DNA of 63,497 nt, filler included, from Aduncisulcus paluster (GCA_024181965.1; 14 parts of 14 records of this genome joined end to end with filler, not necessarily neighbours in it); one strand, 5' to 3'. Counted from the whole stretch's first letter, positions 24,501-37,859 are shown. The notes: generated from the letters alone by a model not told the origin. Translations and numbers: made by a program.

Positions 24501-27500
24501 AGCTGAGCCATCCAATCGAAATCATCCGCAGAACTCACCTTGGCTTTTACCAGACGTTGCACCACATCCCTTGCATGCACATCAAGTGTAAGAAGATTTG
24601 AAAGAATCTTGGATTGTTTCCTATTAAGTCCTTTCTGAGCAAGCTCTGTGGTTTTGTGGAGCTGAGCAGAAAGAGAATCATAGAGCTTTACAAGACCAAC
24701 ATAACCTCCACTGGCAATGGCATTTTCAACTTGCATGGCCCAAAATACCTGAGAAACAGACAAAATGACTTGTCCAGGGTGATCGTTGAGGATCCAGTCG
24801 TTTCTGTCCCTCTGGGTAAGATCTTTAATTCCAACAAGAGAGACATGACGCACAGTTTCCTTCATCTTCTCTTCGACACTGTTCATCCAATTCTCCACAT
24901 TTCCCATAGGCACAAGAGAATCGACGAACTCAACAATTTCTCCTTCAACACTCACCATTGCAGTGATTTCACACTCATCAGCACTGGCATCTTCATCTCT
25001 CTCGGCAAACACAAGGCTCTTGATACCATTGAAACATTTCTTGATGTGGGGCTGAACAGCACGTGGATCCTTGGTCTGAGAAAGAATTTCCAGAAGCTCA
25101 TCGTCAGAAAGGAAGCAGAAACGGGCAAATGCCTGACGTTTGGTTTCAAGATACTCTGACAATCCCTTTTGCACACTCTCGAGGGTTTCATTCATCTCTT
25201 GGAGTTTGCCAACGAGTTGTTCCTGCGTACAGAATGATATGGCAACATTGTTACGTTTCCCCTGAGCAATAAACTTTCTCCAAGCGCTATCTACAGTTCG
25301 GAACTTTTGTCCTTCAGTCGGAAGCTGCCTCATAATATCATCAGAGGAGAAGATAGGCTCAAGATACAACCATGCACGCTGAACTTGGAGCCATTCTTCA
25401 ATAATTTCACTCAAAAGGCTCAATTTCTGTTCCCACACAGCAATTCTCTCCTCGAAGGGCTTCTTAAACGCTGAAAACGCCATAGCAGATGTTGTCATGG
25501 CGTGATCATCACACAGCTGCAGAATTTCATCACTTCCCTTCAACACATATGTTCCAGTTGTCCCGTAGGGCTCAAGATCCAAGTGAATATCGCTCCAGGC
25601 TTGTTCCATCTTATCCAAAGCCTGTTCAATTCCATACTCTTTTCCGGCCACATCAGAGATCTTTTGAACTTCCTCAAGAACAGTACGATGTCCAAGACCC
25701 AAGTCAAGGGCCTGTTTCAGAGTAAACTCTTCACCGTTAAGGTCAACATTATCCATATTGACCCCACCTTTGATGAGAATGCCCTCTATCCTTTCCCAAT
25801 GCCTCTCACGGAGACCAGGGTTCCTCAGAGCAAGGATAAGGGGAACGTATTGTTTGAATTCACCAAGACTCTCCCGGACATTTTCAGCCAAGCCCTGCAT
25901 TCCTTCCATGCCCTTCTGTTTAAAAGTTCTAGCAACTTTTCCGAGCTCACGGAACCATTGGTTACTCAGTGAATCACACTTATCAGCATCAACTTCCTTC
26001 AGAGGGCCTTCAACCCAGGTCGTATGATTCTCATGCCATTCCTTAGCGTCGATCCAAAGTGTCGCAAGCGGTTCAAAGTCTTTGATAGCCTTACTAAGAG
26101 GTGTGTATGACGTTTGCTCAATCCCAAACATTCCTTCACGACGTTGGTATAACTCTGCACGCTCTTCCCATCTCCTCAATTGCCTCTGGAACTTGAAGGC
26201 TTCTTCGGCGACTTCTTCTACCTTAGTAATATCGTTATAAAGGTCAGGGAATTGAGACACAGTACGAACAGCAGTCTGGACGTTACGATCGAATNNNNNN
26301 NNNNNNNNNNNNNNTCTCCCGGACATTTTCAGCCAAGCCCTGCATTCCTTCCATGCCCTTCTGTTTAAAAGTTCTAGCAACTTTTCCGAGCTCACGGAAC
26401 CATTGGTTACTCAGTGAATCACACTTATCAGCATCCACTTCCTTCAGAGGGCCTTCAACCCAGGTCGTATGATTCTCATGCCATTCCTTAGCGTCGATCC
26501 AAAGTGTCGCAAGCGGTTCAAAGTCTTTGATAGCCTTACTAAGAGGTGTGTATGACGTTTGCTCAATCCCAAACATTCCTTCACGACGTTGGTATAACTT
26601 TGCACGCTCTTCCCATCTCCTCAATTGCCTCTGGAACTTGAAGGCTTCTTCGGCGACTTCTTCTACCTTAGTAATATCGTTATAAAGGTCAGGGAATTGA
26701 GACACAGTACGAACAGCAGTCTGGACGTTACGATCGAATGATTCCTGGTCTTGTTTGAGCTCATCTTGGAAACGTTCAGAGTCTGCCTCAAGAACATCTT
26801 GGGTAGATACAGCGATATTCTTCACTTTCCTGGCCCACCCCACTGCTTTCCACCTTAGTTCAACGTCAGAGTCACTCACGGGAGGGTGATCTTTAAGAGA
26901 GTCAAGTACGGTGAAGTATTCTTGCATCTTCTCAATCAACTCCTGGTTCTGTTGAACTTTCTGTGGGACTTCTTTAATAAATTCCCTACATTCCATCACT
27001 TCTTCGATACATTTGTTCTTGTGTTGAAGCCGTAAAGCAAGCTCTCCAAACTTATTGCATACATTGGTAGCAGAGCGTCTCGCCTCATTGATAAGAACAT
27101 TCCTTAGCAATCCGGCCATGGTTTTGTGCTTCTTACGGAGAAAGTTTCTGACTTCAGAGTTGTTTACAACAAACATACCAACGTGAACTTTCTCAGGAAT
27201 ATCTTCAAGGATCTTGTCAGCTTTCAGGTCTTGTTCTTTGATAAGTTTGAGGAAATCATTGGCGGACATGGTGCTATCCTTCTTTTTGGCACGTTTCCCA
27301 ATCCGATCACTCCATTTTTTCTCATCAAGATGAAGAAGATCGTCATATTTGGAGAATTTGTCTTTATATTGACTCAATGGTTCAATGGCAACCTTGATCG
27401 ATGTCTCGATTTCTTGTATTTGCATGCGGAATTGAGCTTCACTGAGTGCAGGCACAGCAACACACTCTTCACTGGGCCAGAAGAGCTTTTCAACGACTTG

Positions 27501-29633
27501 GGGGGCAATATCACTGAGTCCTCTTATAGATGAGAAGGCAGAGTTGTAACATTGGATGGGAATATCGTGGAAATCTGTTGTAGGCGTTGAATAACCAATG
27601 CTGTGAATGAGATGAGTAATAGTTTTCTTCTCCTTGGCAGCAATTTTGGCAGCAAGAACTTTTGCACCCCCTTGACCTTGAGGACCATTATCAGATTGCA
27701 TGCTATTGGCACCTAGGAAGGACAATTTGCTCTGTTGGGCAGGGCGGGAATTAGCATTCTGATCATCTTCCTCCTCTTCCTCCTCTTCCTCGTTGACTTC
27801 TTCTTCTTCCTCCTCTTCCTCTTCCTCTTCCTCCTCTTCTCCAAACAATTCTTTGTATTTATCGTCGTTAATGGTCTCAGCAACAGCTACTAGCTTCACT
27901 GAGAACAGGGGAGTCTGAGTAAGAGTCAATAAAGGCTTTCCAGTCTCGGGATTCACACCGTTGAGTTCATGGAATGATTGAACATTGTCAGTATCATGCA
28001 CAACGACCTTCCAACGAGCAGATCTGACCAATTGTTCGGTGTAAGCATCGGTCGATATCCGAGTGAGATGACGGAGAGTATCTGACATCTTAAGCGACAC
28101 TTGAGCGAGTAGTTTGTGAAGTTTGGAAGCAGCGTACACATCACGGCTCTCTTCAGCAAGATTGAACCATCCCTTTCCGCACCTTTCGAGAGCACTCTTA
28201 ATACCACCTTTAAGATGCACCATCCAGCGTTCTGTGAGCACACTCTTACAGTTCTTTCCAGCAAGGGTCTGTAGGCCTTGATATTCTTGGATAGTATACG
28301 TCTTACAGTCAAAGATGGACAAGGGCTTGGTCTGATCGACAAGGAAGAAGAGACAAGCAGCAGGAACATTTAAGGGCGGGAGAGGCGCCAACAGTTTATG
28401 GCATGCCTCACGAACACTCTTCAGAGCACGAACTGCTTCAGGCTGAACAAAAACAGTTCTGAAAAGGAATGATTGATAAACATCGTCAAAGGAAGCATGA
28501 CGCCTTTCGATGGGGATAAGAGAACGCTCAGCTTTGGGGGAATATTTCTTTTCACGTTCTGTGGAATCTTTGTCGATGGCGCGAGATAGGGCGAGTTCTG
28601 AGAGTTTATCGGGGTTCTCGGCAAGATATTCATCGAAAACCACCTTATTTATACATCTACTGTGTTCATTTTCAATTTCATCCACAATATCTTTACCAAC
28701 AAGAGAGGAAGGATCTTCACGGCGTCTAGCACGTCTACGGCCTCCTCGACTCTCACTATGACGCCCTTCCAGACTTTCCCATTGTCTTTTGGCTATTTTG
28801 GCTAATCTAAGGAGCTGTTGAGGTGGAATAGGCTGAATTCCATCGGGAGGCATAGAATCAACGTAAAGATTATAACGAATAACAGATTCAGTACATCTAC
28901 GGACTTTAAGGGCATGTTTGTAACGTTCAATAAATATTAGTGGATCTTCTCCAAGGATATGAACATGAATACGGGGTAGATGAACCTCTAAACCATCTGA
29001 ATCAAAAACTACATGCAATCTGATTGGAAATTCATCATCATCATCATTCTTTGGTATTTTTTCATCCTGAGAATCCGACGATTCGTCCGATTCACCCTTC
29101 ATATATTCGAATTTTAAGAGACGACCAGAGGCCCACTCTCCATCTGGTCTTTTAGCATAAACGACAAGATTAGGCTGTTTAATATTTGATGTAGAAACAT
29201 CTTCAGGGAGGGACCCATTTTTAGAAGCAATAACTCGACCAGGAATGTCAGTATCTCTTGCTTCATCCATCCATTCACCAGGAGTTCTTGGATCAAGATC
29301 ACTCTTGATGTCAAAAACATCTAGAGGTAATAATGATGCATAATCCTTTCCTTCAGACGAAACTGTTTGTGTTAATTGTTGTCCTTCTTTTACATCTTCC
29401 TGTTCAGCCTGTTGTAACAAATATAAGACATCTACCGTGGCATATTTCCGTCTTAATCTTTCAACTACAATTCTTTTATGAGGTTTGCCCAGTTTTACAG
29501 TTTTTTCTACTTGAGCTTTTGGTTCGGCCATATTTTCAAGAATCCAAATATTAGGAGGAATTTCTTCCTCCATGACAGATTGTACGTGGCCTGTTCTATG
29601 AAGTTTTGACGACCGAAATAGTCGCAGACTCAT
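15539..29633 (-). CDS. DNAH1: Axonemal inner-arm dynein heavy chain, DNAH1-like (about 4549 aa after collapsing the duplication)
   Basis: P-loops GPAGTGKT, GPASSKT, GETGTAKS, GVGGSGRQS, plus stalk and C-terminal domain. The N-terminal PRIHVHILGEDP...RYNLYVDSMP resembles DNAH1. 26315-26739 duplicates 25870-26294, which joins the two tracked ORFs into one. Confidence 0.9.
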
Positions 29634-29894
29634 AATTTGTATACAAATAAGGTCAATTCACTGGAGACGGAAATTTCTTAGAATATATTCATTTTCATTT
29701 TGTTCATTGCAATAAATAACTATGTATTGGTAATGAGTAGTTTTTTCACTGTAGAAAATGGATTTTACTAGATGCCCCAACATTTTTTACCATATTGACG
29801 GCAATAGAGAGGATATACATTTTTTGAAAGATTATTGCAACATTATATAGCCGTATAAATAATTCTATTATATTTAAATTGTAATATTCTGCAT

Positions 29895-31051
29895 ATGAAA
29901 GGTTTTCCCGGAAAGAATCAAACTCTACCAGCCGTTGGTGGTGTTGGCTACGTAAAAATTGAAGAGGATGAACACTGCTTTTCCTCTGTCTTGCAACTAC
30001 TGGCTCATATTCCAAGTTTTTCCAATTTCTTTTCGACAAGGTATTCATATCTCATGAGTTTAGAGTCTCCTATAATGCGAAGTGAAGAACTTCCCCTTTT
30101 AAGACAGTTTACTCAACTAATGACAGTGTTATCATGTGTTGATTCCAGAGTATGCCCATCTGTCTCAATTCAACCCATAATCAATACCATGAAGCGAATC
30201 TATCCTGAATATAATGATGAATCTGAATATATTGATCCTTCTAAATTTTTAAAGGATCTTTTGCACGCTTTAGAACGTGCTATGTACCCGATTACACATT
30301 CAGCCGTTGATAAAGCCGATATACAGAGAGAAAAGCTTTATGTGCCGACTCCACACCCTTCCCATCCATTTAAATTAAAAAAAGGATATTCATATGACGT
30401 TGATTCTCTTAGGTATTCTCTAATCCCCCCCGTAGTTTCAACGAAATGTTCTACCGCCTTAAAACATGATTCAAAGCCAGATATAGCCTCCTCTCAAGCA
30501 TATTCTTCCCCAGAACGCTCTGGACATGATGCGGGTGGTAAAAGAAGAAGTTTTAGAATCCGCAAAGAACGTGTCTCAGGGAGTGGTGATCAATTTTCTT
30601 CCAAATCGTCTGTTTCTCACAAATCAATGTCTACTCCCATTCAAACCCCTCAATTACAAATCCCTCCAATGAAACCTCCATCCCTTCGTTCGTTTTTGAC
30701 ATGTTCAATAGTTGATCTCTTTCGTGGTGTGACTGGTATGGATAAGATCTGCACTGTGTGTGATTACCAAGGAAATACCATCAATGACACCCTCGTATAT
30801 ACCATTCCCTTGATATTTAAGGAGTCTAGGTCCAGTGGAAAGTCATCCTCCTCTCTTATGCCTGTTATCACTCTAATTCGGCAGCATTTATCCTCAGATA
30901 AGGGTTTCAAAGGGTGTTCCAAATGCGGAAAGAATGTCATGTGTTCATACTGCTTTAAAACTCTTCCAGAGATATTCATGGTTCACATCCAGAGAAAGAA
31001 GGAAATCAAAGGAAAACCTATGAAATATTTTGTCAACGCACCAATTTCTCC
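29895..31051 (+). CDS. Ubiquitin-specific protease (C19)-like protein with a degenerate Cys box, 3'-truncated
   Basis: GGVGYVKIEEDEHCFSSVLQLLAHIPSF resembles a Cys box. Also DPSKFLKDLL, SIVDLFRG...CTVC, CSKC and TLPEIFMVHIQR. Confidence 0.7.
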
Positions 31052-31151
31052 NNNNNNNNNNNNNNNNNNNNNNNNNNNNNNNNNNNNNNNNNNNNTTAAT
31101 TAATTAANNNNNNNNNNNNNNNNNNNNNNNNNNNNNNNNNNNNNNNNNNNN
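31052..31151. other. Artificial contig-joining spacer N44-TTAATTAATTAA-N44 (first of 13)
   Basis: The same 12-mer, with stops in all six frames, lies within N runs starting at 31096, 32262, 35903, 37244, 50340, 51697, 53102, 54207, 55962, 57466, 58572, 59977 and 61619. Base composition and apparent taxon often change across them. Confidence 0.97.
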
Positions 31152-31261
31152 ATATTTAAATTAGAAAATGGACTAAAACATAGATGATGAAAAACATGGA
31201 ACGATGAGTTTGTCATTTGAAATGCCACATGAACCATTTGAGAAAACCATGCTAGAAACTT

Positions 31262-31339
31262 CCCGTAATCATCCCCTCGCCATTAGCCCGTAATCATCCC
31301 CTCGCCATTAGCCCGTAATCATCCCCTCGCCATTAGCCC
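31262..31339. repeat. Three exact tandem copies of a 25-bp unit
   Basis: CCCGTAATCATCCCCTCGCCATTAG at 31262, 31287 and 31312, with no spacers. Confidence 0.95.
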
Positions 31340-32092
31340 TTGGTTTTGAATAGTTTCCCTGGAAGCTTGACAAGAGGTGAGAGTTGATCAATCTGCTTTG
31401 AGATTGAATCGGCATTTGCTAATTTCTCAATTATTGCAGCCGTTCTCTCCTTGCCGCTTATGTGCCGTGTGAAGAATATTTTGGGCTGATCTGTGAATAT
31501 ATCAAACAAGGATACTCTTTGGGGAAATCTACGAAGGGGATGGCCTTTCGGAACACCGACCCTTCCAATTCTGGAGGATAGATGGAGAGGAAAGGATGGC
31601 AGCGAGAGTATGGGAATAGGTACCCATACATCGCGGCTTCTCCCACTCATGAAAGTCACCTGAAACCCATCCATACCGACTAAAAGAGAAGTGAAGATTG
31701 AAGGAAGGTGAGACTCTTTTCCTCAGTGGATGAGGAAGATGGAGAGCAAAATGGACAAAAGGGCAATCAACTGAAATGTAGTTGAGATATTCAACAACAA
31801 TGAAGTCTCCAAAGTCAATTCCATTCTGTAAGTAGCGGATGTTATAGAGTTGAGAGGTCAGCAAAAGTCTTGTGCGAACACCGGAGTTAAAACGATCCTC
31901 ATTTAACAAGCCAAAAAAGTGAATATGCCTGAGATCTCGTCTCATTTTGCGGGCAAAGTTTACAAAAGAATACGAACAGACAAGATGATGAACCTTTTTA
32001 TGGTTGGAAACACCATCTATGAAAGCTTGTACTCCAAGAAACTTTATCTCTTTCCCTCCTAACACAGCTATCCTAGCTTTAATCTCACTCAA
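31333..32092 (-). CDS. Hypothetical, possibly frameshifted or pseudogenic (two overlapping ORFs)
   Basis: ORFs 31529-32092 and 31333-31674 overlap in different frames. No family recognised. Confidence 0.25.
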
Positions 32093-32336
32093 CGGTGTGT
32101 TTGTTCCTGCTACGCGTATGGAACACCGGAGTTAAAACGATCCTCATTTAACAAGCCTTGGTCCCGGTGCAGAAGCTTCTTGCCTCCTTCATCATCTTGG
32201 CCTCCAGATCTGATCCANNNNNNNNNNNNNNNNNNNNNNNNNNNNNNNNNNNNNNNNNNNNTTAATTAATTAANNNNNNNNNNNNNNNNNNNNNNNNNNN
32301 NNNNNNNNNNNNNNNNNTGCCCAGAGGAAAGCCAGA

Positions 32337-32993
32337 ATGAATCCATCCAGGACACCTGGAAGGTCAGATGAAGAGGGCTCAGAGAGCTCTGGTCAAGATG
32401 AAGGGTCTGAAAAGACTCCTGAGGAGGGGGGAGACAAACAGCCTTCCCAGAAGTCAGAAGATCCCAAGAGGAGATCAGAGAGCGCTGCGGAAGCCGAGAT
32501 GCTCGAACTAGTATCGTTCGAAGAGGCTCCAGAAGACTTCTCAGAGTCACCCCGGTCTCACAAGCTGACTGACGAGGAAGTTGAAGCTCTCAAGGCTCAA
32601 GCCACAGAGCTAGAAGCTCTGAAGAAGAAGATGGCTGAGGAAGTTGCCCAAAAGGCAGCTGAGCAAACGGCTGAGGACATCAAAGCCATGGGAGAAGTCT
32701 CCGAGAGGACGACAGAGGTGCCGGATGACAAGAAGACGGCTACCCCGGAGAAACACTCCACCCCTCAGGCTACTGAAGGGAAGAAGCCTGGAAAGCCCGA
32801 AGAGCTTCTGTGAAGGAAGAAGAAGAGTCCAACGAGGACCTGGGAGGTAACGATATCTCTGTGGATCAAAGCACCAAGTCTGACAAGAGACTGGCGACAT
32901 TAGAGGAGACTATCCTCAAGCTGGCGAAGGAGATTCACTCCATGAAGAAGGACAAGGCCGAGGGTGACAGGGCAAGTGTGTCTCACACCCCTC
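32337..32993 (+). CDS. Low-complexity charged/coiled-coil ORF fragment with a frameshift near 32810, possibly retroelement gag/ORF1-like
   Basis: GC-richer than neighbouring DNA. E/K/S-rich ORF continues in another frame and is truncated at a gap. Confidence 0.3.
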
Positions 32994-33013
32994 NNNNNNN
33001 NNNNNNNNNNNNN

Positions 33014-35858
33014 TTCAATCATACCGACACATAAGGCAGCCACCTTCAAAGGATTCAGTGTCATGATATCGAATGGAATGGAACTATCCACAACTGCGGC
33101 AATAGAGTCGGACTCCGCATCATCAGAACTTGAATCGGGAGAGACAGAATAATACTTACTATCGGCACACCAGGTCTTTGCAAATGCACTCACACTCCCT
33201 CCAACACAGAATTCCATGATGAATCCAAAGCTTCCCTTGAAGTTTGCGTCAAGAAGATCGAGGATATATAGAGGACGTGGGATTCGGTTGAAACATTTGG
33301 GATTGTTAAACAACTTGAGCTGCATTTTGAACTCCTTTCGACAATCTTTCACAAGTTTTTCATCGGCAACACGAAGCATCTTCTTCAAAACACACGGGAA
33401 AGCGAGACCATCGACCTTCACAAGTTGCACTTCACCGAAACCACCCTTGCCAATGGTGCCCAAGGGGGTGATGGAAGACGTGGAAGTTAGAGTCATGGAA
33501 TCAGATTTGGGCACATGGGTAGGAGAAGAAATCGAAAATGAAGGCGAAACATCCGAGGTTCGTCTTTCAATTGGATCTTTTGGTTGTTCTTGATCTGTTT
33601 GGTATTGAATATATTCTTTAACATTCAGAGAATATTGAGAAATTTGACAAAAATCATCAATTTTTTTCATTGCATCATCGAATTTAGGGGTTAATTCAGG
33701 AATGATCATTGGAACCGAAGAAAATGAACACAAAAGGTTAGACCAAAATATCATTCCAATTTTTGATGAATTTGACTTGAATGCATCATACCAACCATCA
33801 AGAAGATCTTTGACATTTTCATAAATCACAGTAATATGCGATAAGTCAGTCGAGCATAAATTGGACAAAAATCGTAAAGCAAAATCATGTTCACCATCAA
33901 CAATTCCAGCTCTGAAAAAGTCTTTCTTTGCAACTTCAACGACAATCTCTTTAAACAACGGCCATGAGTTACAACATAAGGTTTTGTTTGGTGTTTCATC
34001 TTCACTTGACTTTGTGATATTGTATAATATGACCATATAATTTCCGAAGATCTCACTATCTCCACAATTCTTTAACCAATCAAGAAGATAGAGCTGAATT
34101 AGGTCAAGGAGAAGAGCTTTTGTCGACGAAGAGCAAAAAGTAGAAATATTCTTCAGGATTTTTGACAATTGAGAACAATAAATCTCTTTCATTCCATGAG
34201 TATCTTGTTTAAGGATATGATTTAGAGCCAAAGATATTTGCAAAAAAATGTATCAAGATTGTCTGTAACTTTATGAGAATATGATTCACAAATCACGCAA
34301 TACGCCTCGAAAACAATTCGACTTGATTCTTCATTCATTTTTCTCGCGATAATCACTCCTTTTGAAACATAATCAGCCAAGAAAGTCTCAACAAGATCGA
34401 TAAGATCAGCAATTGGAAGACAAATTTCATTTCCTTCAACCGAGAAAGAACCATGATCCTTTGAGAACTCTTGCAAACATTTACAACATAGGAGAATCTT
34501 TTCATTGACCTCTTCAAACCCACCGCTTTCAGACATATCGAAAGATTGGAAAATAGAAAGGATTGAGTTCCGATATTCATGATACAAAGTGGAAATCTCA
34601 ACTTGAGAAGAAATCAATTCAAGAGATTTCACTAATACTTTGAGCTCTGAAATAGAAAATGGATTTTCTTGAGTTGGTAATCCCTCTCCCTCGAAATCTT
34701 CCTGTTGTTTCTCAAAATCAACTAAACTATTGTCCCACTCTTTCTTCACACTCATGCTTGACAATGATCTACATGGAGAACTGGAATGCTTTCTCTTCAA
34801 CTTCCTACGACGAGATTTTTTACCCAGAGATTTAATAACATCATCAGTGCTAGAGAATACACAACCTTCCCCAATCTTCGGTAAATAGCATTTAATTGAT
34901 TGGACCTTCTGACGAGCTTCCTTCACACTCATGCGCTTGTCAAGATCCAGCACAGTTAGTCCTACAAACACTTCATTCAGACAGGAATATACGGGAATAT
35001 ATTTGCCACCTTCAATTGTCTGAAGGGACTTGAAAAGTCTGGATTTAGTGAGTTTTGGTCCCAAATCTTCTTCTATCAACCCTTTAAGAGTTTTCACAAA
35101 TTCAGGGAGAGAATCCCTAAATTGTAGAGCACAATTATGTAAAAAAGGAGAATTATAATTAAACAATGCAATAATCGTCATACCAAGTGAATATGCATCA
35201 CTCAATTGGCTCTGGTTACCTTCAAGAGCTTCATATGAGTTGAACACCAATGTTCCACAGATTTGTTTTGGCTTGGAAGTATGATCTTTTGATTTCGGCT
35301 GGGAAGTCGATAGAACTTCATCGAGGCTTCGCGAAAAAGATGAAATGGAGTCTTGAATTTGAGCAAAGCCTAAATCGGCAAGAACAACAGTGCATTCGTT
35401 ATCTTTGGGATCCACTCGAACCAAGAAGTTGTCAGGTTTGATATCGCGATGGACGAGGAACTTCTTTGCCGTGAATACATCGTCAAGACATTCAATCATA
35501 CCGACACATAAGGCAGCCACCTTCAAAGGATTCAGTGTCATGATATCGAATGGAATGGAACTATCCACAACTGCGGCAATAGAGTCGGACTCCGCATCAT
35601 CAGAACTTGAATCGGGAGAGACAGAATAATACTTACTATCGGCACACCAGGTCTTTGCAAATGCACTCACACTCCCTCCAACACAGAATTCCATGATGAA
35701 TCCAAAGCTTCCCTTGAAGTTTGCGTCAAGAAGATCGAGGATATATAGAGGACGTGGGATTCGGTTGAAACATTTGGGATTGTTAAACAACTTGAGCTGC
35801 ATTTTGAACTCCTTTCGACAATCTTTCACAAGTTTTTCATCGGCAACACGAAGCATCT
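33014..35858 (-). CDS. Divergent Ser/Thr kinase plus helical (ARM-like) region in a tandem unit, partial, with a homopolymer frameshift near 34245
   Basis: GKGGFG, VLKK, HRDIKPDN, DLG, GTLVFNSYE. 33014-33381 repeats at 35491-35858 (period 2477). One extra T in the T7 run joins the two ORFs. Confidence 0.8.
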
Positions 35859-35959
35859 NNNNNNNNNNNNNNNNNNNNNNNNNNNNNNNNNNNNNNNNNN
35901 NNTTAATTAATTAANNNNNNNNNNNNNNNNNNNNNNNNNNNNNNNNNNNNNNNNNNNNA

Positions 35960-36397
35960 ACCATTCATGATATTGAAGAACAATTTGCGATTAAAGTTAA
36001 TATCTCACCACTTGAAGAAAGAGAAGAAGACTTAAAAATCATTTCACAAGAATATATAAATAGTGCAAACAAAATTTATAATACAAATATTACTTTGGAT
36101 AATATTCATCTAGATATCTCTCAAAATGGTATCTCTCTAAAAAAATCAATTTATAAAAACACTTTATTGCACTCTTTAAATAGTGAGGAGATTAATCAAG
36201 CACTTGAACACTATATAGATAAAAAACTAGATGAACAAAAAACTTATAAAGACTTTTTAAAAGTGATTGAGATACCATTACTCAATATTGCAAAAATAAA
36301 ATTTAAGTCCCAACTACAAATGGCAACAAAACTCAATCTTAACAGAATAACTTTAAGAAAAAAACTAGAACAATATTTTGGAAATAACCATGAATAA
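35960..36397 (+). CDS. Bacterial Fis-type HTH regulator, C-terminus of a sigma54-activator-like protein, 5'-truncated
   Basis: PLEEREEDL (compare PLRERKEDI of NtrC-family activators) and QLQMATKLNLNRITLRKKL HTH. AT-rich, Campylobacterota-like by inference. Confidence 0.7.
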   Translation, partial: TIHDIEEQFAIKVNISPLEEREEDLKIISQEYINSANKIYNTNITLDNIHLDISQNGISLKKSIYKNTLLHSLNSEEINQALEHYIDKKLDEQKTYKDFLKVIEIPLLNIAKIKFKSQLQMATKLNLNRITLRKKLEQYFGNNHE

Positions 36398-37162
36398 TTT
36401 TTATGAANNNNNNNNNNNNNNNNNNNNNNNNNNNNNNNNNNNNNNNNNNNNNNNNNNNNNNNNNNNNNNNNNNNNNNNNNNNNNNNNNNNNNNNNNNNNN
36501 NNNNNNNNNNNNNNNNNNNNNNNNNNNNNNNNNNNNNNNNNNNNNNNNNNNNNNNNNNNNATAAAGAGGCTGAATTTTTACTAAACTATGTTAGTATTAA
36601 AGAGCTTTTTAATCTGGCCGTAGATAATGCAAGTCAAGATTTTGGTTTTTCTCAAAAGTTCATCCCTCTAAAATTTAATAAACATGAATATTACGCTATC
36701 TTAGTAGGATATACATCAGATGATGAGATTGCACTTCGTTTATATAAAGTAGTTTCAAATCAAACAAATACTATCAATAGTGACAAACTAAAGCTTGTGA
36801 ATATTTTTAGCTTAATTGAACTATCTAAAAACACAACTCTTCTAAATAGTAACCTCAAAATAAAAGAAGTTTATGATATTTCACTCCCTGAAATGAAAAT
36901 AAATATTAATGAATTTTTGCTATGCTTAAATGAATGTTTTAAATATTTTATTGAAGATGATGAGATAACATTAAAAGTAAAAATGAAAGTTGGTGAATAT
37001 GAAGTGATTGATAACCAAAAATATAAAATCATGTCTTTATTATTTTCGGCAAATCGGATGGTCAAAGGAGATCATACATTAGAAGAGAAAGCAAATAGAT
37101 CTAATGTCAACATTTTTTTTAGTCAAAATAGTATCAAACTTGAATTACCTATTATCTTATAA
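36390..37162 (+). CDS. Bacterial hypothetical protein, interrupted by an N gap
   Basis: ATG at 36390 overlaps the upstream stop (ATGAATAA, operon-like coupling). An ORF ends at 37162; continuity across the gap is assumed. Confidence 0.5.
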
Positions 37163-37299
37163 TTGTATATTTTATATACAGTTATAAGTTTTTATCTATN
37201 NNNNNNNNNNNNNNNNNNNNNNNNNNNNNNNNNNNNNNNNNNNTTAATTAATTAANNNNNNNNNNNNNNNNNNNNNNNNNNNNNNNNNNNNNNNNNNNN

Positions 37300-37859
37300 T
37301 ACAACTTTCGAGATTTTTCGTAATGATTTGCTGATTCCTTGTTTTTTTATCTTATATTGTTTAGTTATTGAAAAATTGAAAAAAGACAGAGCAGCTCTTG
37401 ATAAAGTTTTGGTTAAGAAAGGTGAAGAAAAGGCAGAACTCCAAAGAGACATTAGAGCCATGCAAGAGAGGTTAAGAAAGACTGAAGAAGAAATTGATAC
37501 ACAACAAGCTGAAAGAACTAGAATAGATACCGTGATAAAGGATGCTGAAGAAGCTTATAAGAAAGTTCTTGATGGAAGTAAGACCTTGCTCAAATTTTTG
37601 AAAACAAAAAAGCCCGGACCGAGTCCCATTAAATGAGTAACCCCTCTTAAATTTTTGATTTATTCGATTGTACTGAACCACAAAAGTGGTTCCACCTGAA
37701 AATTGCGAATATTCGTTTGCTCATAATTGACGGAATAAAGCAATAATCTCCAAGGTTGACAAACAATCTATTCTCTCCGAATTATTTTCCGGCTGCTCTT
37801 TCGGCTGCTTTCCGTTGTTTCTCCCTCATTATCTAAATGATAAGTGATGATTGTCAATG
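37300..37859. repeat. Near-identical duplicate of 45893-46452 (SSNA1 exon 2 and SERF exon 2)
   Basis: Offset 8593. One visible substitution (AAG vs CAG; VKKG vs VQKG). Bounded by a spacer and a 20-N gap. Confidence 0.9.

Noticed and set aside
25870-26739. Dynein split into two ORFs, suggesting Giardia-like trans-splicing or frameshifting
   Set aside because: Explained by a 425-bp duplicated overlap around a 20-N gap. Collapsing it restores one frame.
27763-27840. Purine-rich trinucleotide repeat in the dynein gene
   Set aside because: Simply encodes a poly-Glu low-complexity insert.
31262-31339. CRISPR array
   Set aside because: The repeats are contiguous with no spacers, and no cas genes are present.
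37300-37859. Second SSNA1 gene
   Set aside because: Lacks exon 1, is nearly identical to 45893-46452 and is bounded by gaps. Probably a misplaced allelic fragment.
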